Below, piece after piece: positions 22,440-35,999 of a stretch of 46,886 nt of DNA; the first letter of the stretch is position 1; the number at the start of each line of letters is the position of its first letter. This DNA is from Chiloscyllium plagiosum (lineage: Eukaryota). The stretch is taken from the NCBI RefSeq assembly GCF_004010195.1, contig NW_025214588.1:1-46886 (forward strand), read 5' to 3'. Below the pieces are notes generated by a model. The model was not told where the DNA came from. It ran no database searches and saw only the letters and a program-made list of their open reading frames with translations. A program made the translations under genes and the position numbers.

Positions 22440-23160
22440 TTTGATTCATTCCATGATGTCAAGAAATGGCTGGAATACGGAAGTCCACAAAGGCTATGCA
22501 TCTGATGACAATCCAGCAACAGTACCGAAGGCTTATGCTCCAGAACGTGCTGTGCTTCCAGCCATGTTGTTCCAGTATGGCTGCAACACTGTGCATCTAG
22601 CTGACAGTGTGGAAAATTGCCCAGGAGTGTCCTGTGCTCAAAATGCAGGCCAAATCCAACCCAGCGAATTACCGCCCCCATCAGTCCACTTTCAGTCGTC
22701 AGGGTACATTGGGGGTAAGGGCAATGGACATTTGGATGGAACTACAGGGGCCCCATGGAGAGCAAGGCTTAAAATCTCTACCTCTATGTGGAGAAACCCG
22801 ACACTTCCTGGTCCGCACATTGACCACCTTAAACATACCTCCCTCCAGCACCAGTGCAGCAGCATGTGCCATGAGTAACATGCACTGCAGCAACTCGCCA
22901 ATCCTCCTTTGGCAGCACCTTCCAAACCCATGATCCCTACCCTCAAGAAGGATAAGGATACCACCAGCTTCCCCGCAAGTCATATGCCACCCTAGCTTGG
23001 AAATATATTGCCATTCAATCACCGTCGCTGTTGAAATCCTGGCTCTCCTTTGGTATCAGTGGGCCAGATAGGAAGCAGCCATTTTAGAAGGCGACCTCAA
23101 AGACAATTCAGGATGGGCAACACTCCTTGGTCTTGCCAATAATGTTCATCTCTCAAGAAA
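22440..23160 (+). mobile_element. Rearranged, decayed LINE (CR1/L2-type, second family): RT-proximal fragment and 3' end
   Basis: WKIAQECPVLK...KSNPANYRP motif (ORF 22607-22933), followed by the 3'UTR seen at 4045-4555. Confidence 0.75.
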
Positions 23161-23329
23161 GGCTGGTAGAGTGGAAAGTGAGGAAAGAACAAACTGAGAA
23201 ATGATTGAAGTAAAAGGGTAGAGGCAGTTTGTGAGTAAAGATATGGAGCATAACATAATCGTGAACTCAAAATAGTTTATGAACACTAAGAGTGAAGGAA
23301 GGTTCGGGACAGTTGGGGAAATGGAATTT

Positions 23330-25100
23330 TTTTGTGGAGGTACTGAACGTAACTGACTGGTTTCCATTTGTCTTCCCAAATGATACTCCTCAGCCTTTTC
23401 TTGTCAACCATGTTAAATCTGTGTACTCTGCTTTACAATTCTTCCACCAATGGGAACAGTTTCTCCCTATATACTCTGGCCAGATTCAGGAGGATTTTGA
23501 ACATTTGATTAAATCTCCTCTCAATCTTTCCTTTTGCAAGGACAATCCAAGCTTCTCCCATTGATTCCCACAACTAAAGTCCTTATAAAATCTTTTATAA
23601 GCCCACTCAAAAGCCTCCATATCCTTTCTAACTGAGGGTTCACTGAGATAAACATAGAATCACAATTGAGACCAGATAGGTGTTTTATACAGATTTATCA
23701 AAGCTCTTGTACTCCAAATCTCGACTTAAACATTTCATGACCGTGCATGCCTTTTTAATCATCTTCTCAACCTACCCAGCCAATAATTTGTGCTCATATA
23801 TTCCTAGGTTTTCCTGCACCAGCCTTCCCATCGCATTTGTCTCCTTTATTTTGGATAGTCTGTCCACGTTCTTCCTTACCAAATCTATCACTTTGCACTT
23901 TCCTGCCTGCCATTTCATCTGACATGTCTACCCATGTGTGACTCTCGCAGTCTATTTCCATCTTCCTGTTCACAATGTTGAAATTGAGCCCTGTCCACCC
24001 AAGTGCAAATCATTAACATAATACAAGAAAAGCAGTGATCCTATCACAAAGCCCTGTAAAACATAATTATATCCCTCCCTTCCATCTGTAAAACAGCACT
24101 TCACAATTGCATTCTACCTCCTATCACTTAGCCAACTTTGGATCCATGCGTTGTGTTTTTTTTATTCTATGGGTTTCAAATTTATTGACAAGCTTCTCAT
24201 GTAATGATGCTTTTTGGAAGTCCATATAAGGCATGTCAACTCCTGAGCTATTCTCATCAACCCTCTCAGTTACCTCAACAGAAGGAATCGAGCAAGTTAC
24301 ATGAAAATGGTTTGTCTTTAGCATATCCATGATCACTTTCCTTACTTAAGTGACTGTTAATTTTGTTCCAGATTATAATTCCTATGAGCTTTTCCACAAC
24401 TGACCACCCTATAGTTGCTGGATTTATCCTAAAGCACTTTGTTGAACAAGAGTGGAACACTTGTAATTTTCCAGACCTCTCATAACACACCCGTATCTAA
24501 GGAAGCTTGAAAGGTTATGGTTGGTTCCTTCAGAATTACCATGCTTAATTCCCTCACCATTCTCAGATACATCCAATTCAGGCCTAGTAACTTAACAACT
24601 TTGATTAGCAGCCAAACTTTCTAATACGTTCACATTATTCATTTTTATTCTACCTGTAGTGGGGGTACAGATCCAGGTGGACCTCATAGAGTATGAGTGC
24701 CCTGATTGGGGCTGTTAGCCTGGTTCAAACAGGAAGCCCTGGCTGACAGATACAAACAGGAGTGTCAGGGGTTCTGGTCACTCTGAGAGCTGGCTTTGAG
24801 GGAGCTGGGTCAGTGTCAAGGACTCTCTGTGTGTAAATAAAGGATACCAGACTTTGTGGAGTTATTTCACTGTCCAATGTCTCAACTATCTCCTTGTTTA
24901 TTGTGAATTTGTTGCCAAAGACAAAGGACTCATTTAAAATCTCAGCCATAGCCTCATGCTCATTTTTCGATCCAAATCAGCCTGACCCCTCCACTGACTA
25001 GAGGCTCTTACTATTTATATACATATAACAGTCTTTCAGCTTGCCTTTTATGTTATCTGCCAATCTTTCCGCAAATTTTCCCTTTATTTCCTTTCATTTG
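23330..25100 (-). mobile_element. Old, heavily decayed CR1-type LINE
   Basis: Minus-strand remnants such as VDMPYMDFQKA (ORF 24124-24336) and MAEILNESFV (ORF 24725-24949); interrupted by a probable solo LTR. Confidence 0.7.
24655..24869 (+). mobile_element. Probable solo LTR
   Basis: 215-bp GC-richer insert beginning TGT and ending CA, with a TATA-like gatacaaa and AATAAA at 24836-24841; TSD only degenerate. Confidence 0.55.
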
Positions 25101-25261
25101 GACACAAATGTACAGCTAACCAATGTGTGGTTGCCATGGTAAACCCATAAGCAGTGCAGATAAGGAAATCATTCCAACTGCTGGAGAATGAAAAAAACCA
25201 GAGCACAAGGATTTAAAGTGATTTGCAAAAGAGCCAAAGCTAGTGGGAGTAAATTGTGTTG

Positions 25262-25676
25262 GAGGGTTTGAGCAAAAGCGAGAGGCTCCATAGGCTGGGG
25301 CTGTTTTCCCTTTAGCGTCGGAGGCTGAGCAGTGACCTTATAGAGGTTTATAAAATCACCAGGGGTATGTATACTCAAGGTCAGGGCAGGGGAGGGGAGT
25401 CCAAAACTAGAGGGCATATGTTTACTGTGAGAGAGGAAAGGTTTAAAAGGGACCTAAGGGGCAGCCTTTTTTACACAGAGGGTGGTACATGTATGGAATG
25501 AGCTGCCAGAGGAGGTGGAGGAGGCTGGTACAATTGCAGCATTTAAAAGGCATCTGGATGGATATGGGCCAAATGCTGGCAAATAACTCGAGATTAATTT
25601 AGAATATCTGGTCAGCATGGACAAGTTGGACCGAATGCATTGTTTCCATGCTGTACGTCTCTATGACTCTATGACA
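25262..25676 (+). mobile_element. CR1-type LINE 3' end
   Basis: gaggctgagcagtgaccttatagaggtttataaaatc...tggaatgagctgccagagga...ctctatgactctatgac. Confidence 0.88.
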
Positions 25677-27269
25677 ATGAGTCATTCGGATTTTGATGGC
25701 ACTGTCTGATAGAATGCGGCTAGCTCCTGATTCAGTTTCAAAGGGGAACTTGATAAGGAGGAAACATCTTAGGTATATGGAGAAGGAAAGAGGAGCAGGC
25801 CAAACCGGATTGCTTTCTGAAAAAGTTGGTAGATAGAGAAAGGGCTGAATGGCCTCCTTCCAATTACGTTTCTGTTTCCAAGTGACTCAATCTGATGCCA
25901 TCCTTACCCTGGCAAACAGAAACTGAGTTCAGTAATCTCAAAATATTGGGGATTAGTTGATCTAAGGATTAGTTTTACCTCCTCAAACCTATTTGTTCAC
26001 CGTGTTAGTGTTTTGGGAGGAGAGCAGCTGCCTGTTTCATTCGGAAGATAAATATGAATGTGGCCGTGTACTTGTGTGTAAAATGTCCTTTTTAGGGTCT
26101 GTGGACGCTATTGAATGACTGGCATATCCACATTCTTTCAAAAATCAAGGCACCACATGCTATTAAACCTGAAGCACAAAATGTAACATTAAAATCCAAG
26201 CACATAATCTTGCAGCCAATGAGTACACACAAGACTCCATTAAAATTCAAAGGCTGAAGGGTACCATTGACTTTGACACACTCAAGGTTATGTGCTGCAG
26301 TGGCTAGAATAGATCCTGGTCTGAATTCATCAAGATTTCTGGCTTTATTGACAAGCAGGGAAAGCTGGATTCTCACCTGATGGCCTCTTAAAACCTCCAC
26401 ACACTGGCCCCTGAATCCCCTGCCTCCAACACGAAGTGTGAAAGACTTAAGGGACGCCTTTGTCGTCCGATAATGTGATCATGAGAAATGGGAGCAGGAG
26501 TAGGTTAGCCAATCCCTCAAGACTGCTCTGTCATTCAGCTGATTCAGTTGTGGCATCAAGTCCATTTCCTAGTCGGTCCTCCACAACTCCTCCATCAATC
26601 ACAAACCTATCTGACCCAACCTGAATATGTTAAACGGACCCCTGCTCTCTGGAGAAGATCTTTACGTTTAGATTTGGACTTTACTGTCATGTGTACTCAA
26701 GTACAATAATACAGGAGTACTGTGTAAAGTTTTCAATTTCGCCACACACGGTGCCATCTTAGGTTCAAATACCTGGGTACGAAAATGTAAGAATAAAGTA
26801 GCAAGAAATAAGGAGCAAAGTGGAAAGTTACACATTGCTGTAACTCTTAGTACAGCATTAAAAATAAAGTTAGAAGTGTAGCATATTAGTCCTTTCTAGT
26901 ATTAAGTTGAAAAATAAGGAGATAAAGCTACAAGTTCAAACATTGTGGTCTTTCTTAAGTTCTAAGCTAAGCAGGGACTGCAGTTCCTGTAAGGGCGCAA
27001 TCTCCTCCACTTTAAAAGAGAATTTTAAAGACTAACCATCCTCCAAATGAAGACATCTCTGCTTTAAATAGGAGAGTTCTTATTTCTAAATGTGCTCCCC
27101 AGTGCACCACAAGGGGAAAAATCTTCTCAACATCTACCTTGTCAACCCTGACCAGAATAGCGTACGTCTCATCTTCAATGATCCATTTCAGCTTCTTTCC
27201 CAGGTTGCCAGAATGATGGATGGAAGCACTAGAGACTGCAAAGTCTGAGACCTGACAACATTGCAGTAA

Positions 27270-28275
27270 TATAGCACTGAAGATATGTGCTTCAGAACTA
27301 GCTAAGCCCTAAGTTAAGCTGCTCCAAAAGAGCTACAATAATACCAACTACCCAGCAATGTGGGAAATGGTCCAGGTATGTCCTGTCTACAAAAAACAGG
27401 ACCAATTCAATTAGCACCCCATCAGTCTACTCGTAATCCTCCCAAAGTATTAGAAACAGTTGCAGCAAAGAAACACTGATTCAGCAATGATCTATCAATG
27501 TCACTCAGATTGGGCTCTGCCAGAGTCACTCAGCTCCTGACTTCATTACAGCTTTGGTTCAGACATAGACAAAAAAGCTAAATTTCAGAGGCAAGATGAC
27601 AGAGACTGTCCTTGACATCAAGGTCGCATTGAAGTGAGTGTGGCATTAGCGGGCAAAGCTGAATTAAATGGGAATCGGAGGAGAAGCTCACCACTGCTTG
27701 GAGTCAAAGTTAGCACAGAGGGAGATGGAAGCCAAACAGCTCTGTCCTCGGATATTAGATTAGATTAGATTACTTACAGTGTGGAAACAGGCCCTTCGGC
27801 CCAACAAGTCCACACCGACCCGCCGAAGCGCAACCCACCCATACCCCTACATTTACCCCTTTAACCTAACACTACGGGCAATTTAGCATGGCCAATTCAC
27901 CTGACCTGCACATCTTTGGACTGTGGGAGGAAACCGGAGCACCCGGAGGAAACCCACGCAGACACGGGGAGAACATGCAAACTCCACACAGTCAGTCGCC
28001 TGAGTCGGGAATTGAACCCGGGTCTCTGGCGCTGTGAGGCAGCAGTGCTAACCACTGTGCCACCGTGCCGCCCACTAACTGCAGGATATAACTGCAGGAG
28101 TTCCTCGGGGTAGTGTCCTAAGCCCAACCATCTTCAGCGACTAGATGAATGAAATTCCCTCCATTATGAGATCAGAAGTAGAGATATTCATTGATGATTG
28201 AACAATTCTGATTTCTGAATTAGGGATAGGCAATACCTGCTGGCTGAGTCACATCCCACACCCCATGAAAGAATT
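27270..28275 (+). mobile_element. Decayed LINE RT region (second family) interrupted by an HE1 SINE
   Basis: LKICASELAKP...WEMVQVCPVYKKQD, LDIKVA and gttcctcggggtagtgtcctaagccca ([12 protein letters not shown]) motifs. Confidence 0.7.
27755..28073 (-). mobile_element. Young full-length HE1-type SINE
   Basis: Reverse complement of HE1 with intact CpGs, A and B boxes and a (tctaa)n tail. Confidence 0.93.
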
Positions 28276-28279
28276 GTTA

Positions 28280-28785
28280 AAATCAATCTTTTAAACTCCT
28301 TTGAGTATAGGCTGAACCTGCTCAACCTTTCTTCATCAGACAGTGGCCTCATCCCAAGAATCAGTCAAATGAACTTTCTCTAAACTGCTCCAATATCCTT
28401 CCTTGAGTAAAGAAACCAAAGCTTCTCACAGGTTCTGTCTCACCAATGTCCGTACAGCTGTAGCAAGACATTTCTACATTTCTACACCACTGAATCACAA
28501 TAAAGGCCAACATCTCATTTGCCTTCCTAATTACTTGTTACATCTGTGTACCTTTTGTGATTTCCATACCAGGACATCCAGATCCTTCTGCACTGCGGCA
28601 TTCGGCAGTCTTTCTCCATTTAAGTCGTATTCTGCTTCTCTACTCTTCCCAATCCATTGTATTCCCTCTGAGGCCAACATATTCTTTCTGAGGTGTTGTG
28701 TGTAGATCTGCTCACAGAAGTCCAAGTGGGATCTAACCAGGGTTTTGTATGGATACAACATAGCTAGTGTCTTTATTGTCCTGTC
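28280..28785 (-). mobile_element. Old CR1-type fragments
   Basis: YKTLVRSHLDFCEQI and EYDLNGERL...VQKDLDVLV remnants (ORF 28531-28905). Confidence 0.6.
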
Positions 28786-28787
28786 CT

Positions 28788-29635
28788 CTAGAGTCATAGA
28801 GTCATAGAGATGTACAGCATGGAAACAGACCCTTCGGTCCAACCCACCCATGCCGACCAAATATCCCCAACCCAATCTAGTCCCATCTGCCAGCACCCAG
28901 CCCATAATCCCTCCAAACCCTTCCTATTCATTTACCCATCCAAATGCCTCTTAAATGTTGCAATTGTACCAGCCTCNNNNNNNNNNNNNNNNNNNNNNNN
29001 NNNNNNNNNNNNNNNNNNNNNNNNNNNNNNNNNNNNNNNNNNNNNNNNNNNNNNNNNNNNNNNNNNNNNNNNNNNNNNNNNNNNNNNNNNNNNNNNNNNN
29101 NNNNNNNNNNNNNNNNNNNNNNNNNNNNNNNNNNNNNNNNNNNNNNNNNNNNNNNNNNNNNNNNNNNNNNNNNNNNNNNNNNNNNNNNNNNNNNNNNNNN
29201 NNNNNNNNNNNNNNNNNNNNNNNNNNNNNNNNNNNNNNNNNNNNNNNNNNNNNNNNNNNNNNNNNNNNNNNNNNNNNNNNNNNNNNNNNNNNNNNNNNNN
29301 NNNNNNNNNNNNNNNNNNNNNNNNNNNNNNNNNNNNNNNNNNNNNNNNNNNNNNNNNNNNNATTAAACTCCATCTGCCACTTCTAAGCCCATTGGGCCAT
29401 CTGGTCCAGATCCTGTTGTAATCTGAGGTAATCCTCTTCGCTGTCCACTACACCTCCAATTTTGGTATCATCTGCAAACTTACTAACTGTCCCTCTTATA
29501 CTCGCATCCAAATCATTTATGTAAATGACAAAAAGTAGAGGGCCCAGCACTGATCCTTGTGGCACTCCACTGGTTACAGGCCTCCAGTCTGAAAAACAGC
29601 CCTACACCACTGCCCTCTGTCTTCTACCTTTGAGC
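28788..29635 (-). mobile_element. Young CR1-type LINE spanning the second assembly gap
   Basis: [19 protein letters not shown]...[11 protein letters not shown] right of the gap; 3'UTR and (ctctatga) tail left of the gap. Confidence 0.88.
28977..29361. other. Assembly gap (N run)
   Basis: Run of N. Confidence 0.99.
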
Positions 29636-29905
29636 TGAAATAAAGGCCAGCATTCCATTAGCATTTTTGATTATTTCCTGCACTTATTCATGGCATTTTA
29701 AATATTTATGCATCTGAACCTCCAAGTGTCTTTCGACATCCATTCTGTTTAACTTCATGCCATAAGAGAGTATCCTTTTTCAGTTCAAAATGGATAACTT
29801 CACTCTTGCTTACATTGAATTCCATCTCCCTCAGATTTGCCCATTCAATTGGTCTAGCAACAGCCTCTTGTAATTTTATCCTATTATCTACAATGCTGTT
29901 TACCC
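29636..29905 (-). mobile_element. Old CR1-type RT fragment
   Basis: EWANLREMEFNVSKSEVIHF (ORF 29706-29924). Confidence 0.65.
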
Positions 29906-30841
29906 ACACCACAAGACCCTCCAATTGCTCTTAACTAGGTTCTTACTAGGTCCTCTCTCATTCTCGGTGACTAGATTCACATGTCTAAAGTTTCACCAGT
30001 CAAGCCATTTGACAAAAAGATGTTTGAATCTAAATAATAAACATTGGCCAGAATGAAGGATAATAGATAGAATCAAGGGCTAGATTTTCTGGAGAGTTGT
30101 GACGTTAAAATTAACAGCAGATGCCATCACCGTTTGCTGAAAGGTTTACCAAAGGTTCCTATGACCTTTGCACTGCTCTATAACAGTTAACCACTCGTTA
30201 TCATAGCCCTTCCTCCAATAAGATCAAATTTACTGAATTAAAGCAAAATAGTCCACCACAGAATAATATTGATAGAATTGACACGCAGGAATCTGCAAGA
30301 AAACTTTGATAAGAAACAATTTAATACCCATGATTCCCAACCACAGTCTCATGATACAACATGAATTTTTTTTTTTAAATTGTTGCATGTTTTAGGAATT
30401 ATTCTAGCTTTGTCCCTCTTTCCTGCTTTTGGTAATTTGCTAAGGAATTTACATATTGGTAATTACCGTAATAGAATTAGGCACCACAGTATTATCATAA
30501 TCCTTCACAATTAATTAACGTTTTGGTCCATTTTTACAGTCAGCAATGTGACATTTTTCTTTAGATTATAACCAATGTTCTTTTGAAAACAAGCAATGAA
30601 ACAGCATTTGAGATTACAAGAAGATTTAATATGATTTACATTTCACTCCCATGTTTTATTTCCTCCCCGTGATCGTTTCATCATGTAACACAATGTTGAA
30701 ATTTGTTTAGAAATCAAAAACTGAAATGAAATCTAATGATTGCTGTCTATAGTGTGGTCCAGTTACAACAGGCAACAAATTGAACAGTGATAATGAGAGT
30801 GGGACAGTGGGTCATGGTAAGGTCCAGGGTCAACATTGGAT

Positions 30842-31020
30842 AGTAGAGGAAGCTTGTACAATGACAACATTTAAAAGACATCTGGATGGGTATTTGAATA
30901 GGAAGGGTTTAGAGGGAAATGGGCCAAGTGCTAGCAAATGGCAATTGAGGATATCTGGTCAGCATGGATGAGTTGGACCAAAGGGTCTGTTTCTACGCTG
31001 TACATCGCTATGACTCTATA
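30842..31020 (+). mobile_element. Short CR1-type 3' end
   Basis: TFKRHLDGYLNRKGLEG plus 3'UTR and ctatgactctata tail. Confidence 0.85.
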
Positions 31021-31163
31021 ACATTGCATGGATTTTTCTGGAAAATAGTAAAAGTTGCATCTGATATTAATTGGAGTTGACTGATACTGTACAGACAAGC
31101 AAAATGCTTCCTTGCCAAAACTTATGCAGTTAAGTTCAAATGCCGAGGAGTGTAAAATATTAA

Positions 31164-31517
<354 letters not shown>

Positions 31518-32380
31518 AGCAGCTTTTATTGACTTCCAAGCAACCTCCATGCCTGGGAGGTGTTCACTGTAAACACTTTAATTCATGTGTACACTGAATA
31601 AGCAGCAAGATTAGACTGAACTATCCCTTTTGTCAGTGTACATCACCCGTGTCAATATTTAAACTATTTGATCATTGGGAAACCATGAGACAATGTCAGT
31701 GTGGATAATGCTTAGACCTGTTAATTTTTTTTTTAACATTTTTATTAGGGACATGTTATTCTAATGCAAAATTATTCACACTGTTAATGTAAATGCCAAA
31801 ATCCATCGTTCCTGTAGGTTTAATGCACACCATCTTTTTTTTGACTGTTTATTCAGAAGTAACCATCCAGCCTTCTAAATTCTCTTTATTGATTTGCTGA
31901 CCGATTTGGAAGCACAGAATTTGGTTTTATATTCAGAATGATCAATGATACCAATGTACCTTCTATTTTTTTGTGCAAAATAATTATTCTAGTTGTGAAC
32001 CAACTTTTGTACTTGATTCATCTTTTAGTCAAATTCCTGAAGAATATTTTTCCCAGATTGCACTGCAACCCTGAGATTGCTGTTTTATATCATTCGCCTT
32101 CAGGCAGAATGGCCACACATGATTCCTGTGGAAAGTAACAAGAGTCCATAAATCTAGGAAGGCAAAAACCAAAAAACACCAAGCTCTCAAAAGAAATAGT
32201 CAGGAATCATGCTGGAGAAAAAGGCACCTACTGGTAAAATCCATCAATACCTTAATTATTTCAGCAAATAATTAATCTAACTAGCTTCATCAGTGAAAAG
32301 AGACCAACAGATGTCACTCTATTGCAAACAAAATGGCAGAAAAGTGGATTTGGTCAGTGTCACAAAATGGCTGACATGGA
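31518..32380 (+). other. Putative proximal 3'UTR of GSG1L (end not determined)
   Basis: Repeat-free U-rich sequence after the stop codon; the poly(A) site cannot be fixed from sequence alone (candidate hexamers near 32920, 33135 and 33531). Confidence 0.5.
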
Positions 32381-32385
32381 TCAGT

Positions 32386-32691
32386 CATAGAATCACCCAA
32401 TGTGGAAGCAGGCCAACCCTGTCCATTGAGTCCACACTAATCCTCCAAACAGCATCCCATGCAGACCTACCCCATCTTTGTAGCCCTCCAATCCCTATGT
32501 CAAATCCACACAACCTGCACACATTTGGACTGTGGGGGGGAGGGGGGCGGGGACACTGGAGCACCCAGATGAAACCCACACAGACACGGGGACAATGTGC
32601 AAACTCCGCACAGTCGCCTGAGGCTGGAATTGAACCTGGGTCCCTGATGCTATGAGGTAGCAGTGCTAACCACTGAGCCATCATGCCATCC
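32386..32691 (-). mobile_element. HE1-type SINE
   Basis: Reverse-complement HE1 head (MAQWLALLPHS frame) and tail. Confidence 0.85.
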
Positions 32692-33189
32692 TTTTACAGC
32701 TGGAATAATTCATTTTGACTTTGCTGTCATCTTCAAGGTTTATTATCATGCACAGGTTCATTTCCCATAAAGGTACTTTGAGGGCTGTGCACTGTGGATA
32801 GTTAATGACACAGCCAGTTAGACTACGTTTTAAAATCATAGCTTGATTTATTGGGACATGAAATGAAAACCTAATTTCCTTGGGCCCGAATCCACTGGAT
32901 ACAAATATTCATCATTCTTATTAAATAACAGCCCATCAGAAAAGACACACCAGAGTCTAGTATTGGGAAAGGTAAAGCCACAGCAGTAAGTAGCAGCCTC
33001 CCTGGGACTGGGGGAGATTACAAGAATTCAAGTTTGATTTTCGCCCACCATTTTGACCTCAAAAAGTACGACATCAAATCAGAGTGTGCACTCAACAAAA
33101 ATGCTATTTTGTTTTATGTTTATTACAATCAGAAATTAAAATATATCAAATATTATAAGTTTCATCAATTAAAATATACATTTGCAACT

Positions 33190-33290
33190 CTGTTCTGAAG
33201 AAGAGTCACCGGACTTGAAATATTGACTCTGTTTTCTGTCCACTGATGCTCCCAGACCTGCTGAGTTTCTCCAGCAATTTCTGCATTTGT
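33190..33290 (+). ncRNA. Penelope-like fragment with degenerate minimal hammerhead motif
   Basis: CTGAAGA(33195-33201)-a-gagtc(accg)gactt-GAAA(33217-33220)-tatt-gac, then gatgctcccagacctgctgagtttctccagcaatttctg. Confidence 0.55.
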
Positions 33291-34229
33291 AACTCTATAG
33301 CTTTCACAAATGAATTTGAATGAGAGATAATATGGTGGAGCTATGATAAAATAGCTGAATCTGTTGAGGATCTGCTGACATCCACGATTAGTCCCCACAC
33401 AAACTGCAGCGCACAGAATTCCCTGTGGGGAAGGTGAGTCTGGTATTTAAAAATGTAAACAGCTCATTAGTCGCTTCTTAGATGAGGAGTCTCAATGTAA
33501 CATATGTGCATGTAAGAAAACAGGACACTCAATAAATTAGTATTTTCCAGTATATTTAGTGCGAGACTCTTCCAAAATTAGCTGCTGTAGCAGTGACATT
33601 CTCTCTCTCTGCAAAGGCACACACCATTGCAAACAGTCAGTGATATACAAAAGGCACTTAGCTATGCAAGCATTTAGAAAGGACCAAATAATGATCTTGA
33701 GTTGGAATTGGATAGAGAGATCATCCTTGCATCTTTAATTTGATAGAAGGATTCAAACAGGTGAGGGATACAAGAATAAACTACCAGCCACCAGAAACAG
33801 ATGCACTGAGGAGCTCGGGACAAAACCCATGGCTTCCCATCACCTCAGAAGGAAAGTTATAATGAAAATGAAGAAGACTGCAGTCAGCAAATGATAAAAA
33901 TCTGTTACCCCCCCCCCCCTCCTCAATCCGCATGGATCAGATATGTCCATTTTAATTCTCCCGAATCATTAAACTGTTCACAACCCACACAGTCTGCACA
34001 CTTTCACTCTCAAATTCACTAATGCCCCATATCGAAACTCTTGCTCCCTAATAAAAGTACATGCAGTTGACTGTCTTTCTGAAGGGTCTGTTACTACTGA
34101 TTCCTAAACCGTTTATGGCCTTCATGAGCTTCCAAAAACTGTCCACGAGAAAGAAGGCAAAGAGATACTAGCCATTGAGAGAGAAAATTCTGAGGTTGGA
34201 TAGTTTTTATTTTGTCCAAGTGAGTGGTT

Positions 34230-34510
34230 GATCTTCAATGGCATGTAAACAATGCTTACATACTCGGAATTTACTGTCCGTCTATAATTGCCCTGAGAAG
34301 GTAATGTTAAGAGAATTTCAGCATTTTGACCCCAAGACATTGAAGGAATGGTGATATAATTCCAAATCAAGACGACATGTTGCTTGGAGGGGATCTTGCC
34401 AGTGGTGGTGTTCCTACGCATCTACTAGCCTTGTCCTTCTAGGTGATAGAGGTCACAGGTTTGGGGAGATGCTGTTGTCAGAGCCTTGGTGAGTTGCCGC
34501 ACTGTATCCT
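34230..34510 (-). mobile_element. LINE 3'-end fragment (second family)
   Basis: Homologous to 4045-4330. Confidence 0.6.
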
Positions 34511-34871
34511 GTATACATAATATGGCAGGGGTACCATCTTTGGGTGATGTAGGAGATGGAGATGTGATAAAACAAAAGAATGTATGGTGCCAAATTATTC
34601 AACTGAGATCTCAGAAACAAATTGTATTACAAATAAAGTTGTAACAAATCATTATTCTCACAGCAACAGAAACTTTCTGTTCTTTTCAGAGTCACTGAAC
34701 TAAATAAACAATCAGAGTCACTTCAAGAGCTGACTCCTTGCAATTGATCAGAAGTTCATAAAAAGTTCATAAACACATAACAATGTGTTCTCTCATCCAA
34801 AAATAGAGATTCTTGGATAATTTCATGACCTCAATGGAAGTCTGCTTTTCTCAATTTAATAGACCAATCAG

Positions 34872-35655
34872 ACATAAGAACGTAAGAACTTGGAGTAGGA
34901 ACAGGCAATTCAGACTCTCGAACCTGTTCCTCCATTGAATACGATCGTGGTTGATCTCATCTTGGTCTCAACGCCACTTTCCCGTTCGCACTCCAAAAGC
35001 CTTTAACCCATTACCAACTAAAGATCTGTCTGTCTCCTCTTTAAATTTAGTCAGTGTGCCACCACACTCTGGGATAGTAAATTGCACAGACTCACGATCC
35101 TTTGAGAGAAGCAATTCCTCCTCATCTCTGTTTTAAATTTGCCACCCCCTATCCTAGAGCTCTCTTGTTCTGGGTTGTCCCACATGAGAAAACATCCTCC
35201 CTACATCTACTTTGTCAATCCCCTTTTGTACCTTTTACACCTCAACTGGATCGCCTCTCATTCTTCTACACTCTCGTGGGTATAGCTATGAATTACTCAA
35301 TGTCTCCTCGTAAAACAAGCCTTTCATCTCATAGAATCAGACACAAGGCGAGTTTCCAAGCTCCACACAGTCACCTGAGGCTGGAATCAAACCCGGGTTC
35401 CTGGTGCTGTGAGGCAACTGTGCTAACCACTGAGCCACTGCGTCATCCCCTCTGGGATTAGTCTGGTGAACTCTAGATGAATTTCTCTGAATGCTTCCAA
35501 TGCAATTAAAGCCCTACTTAAGTAAGTGGGCCAAAACTTTATGCAATACTCTAGGTTCAGTCTCGCCAATGTCTTGTCCAATTGCAAAAATACATCTCTA
35601 CTGTTATACTCCAGTCCTTTATAGCAATAAAGGTCAGAACCCCATTTGCCCTCAT
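34872..35655 (-). mobile_element. Old CR1-type 3' end with a nested HE1 head fragment (~35338-35449)
   Basis: cataagaacgtaagaact tail on the + strand, CR1-like body, and an HE1 fragment ggaatcaaacccggg...gctaaccactgagccac. Confidence 0.6.
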
Positions 35656-35999
35656 TACAGGCAGTAGTTTAATTCATAGCAAAATTTTAAAGCTAACACC
35701 ATTTATTTTGAAAATGCTGTGTCCATTGGATGACACAGAAATATTCACACATACTTTTGAAAAGTAAATGACTTTGTGATTTTCATTTCATTCTTCAATT
35801 GCCTTTCCTATCACTGTAAATAAAACAAGAAAAGGGTTAATTTTCACAGCGAAAGTAGAAAACCAACATTCTGACACAATCAACAGGGTCTGAGTGATAT
35901 GGGCCATGGTGGGATTTGTTGCAGAATTTGATGAGAAATCAAGTGAGGTCTATCTCAATATTGGTAGCATCTTGCAACAGCTTTAATGCTTTTGTCGAG

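Noticed and set aside
26665..27010. Possible distinct insertion within an old repeat
   Set aside because: It looks like an insert, but I could not establish termini, a TSD or a family, so it is not called
28810..29421. ORFs spanning the N gap
   Set aside because: Artefacts of translating N runs
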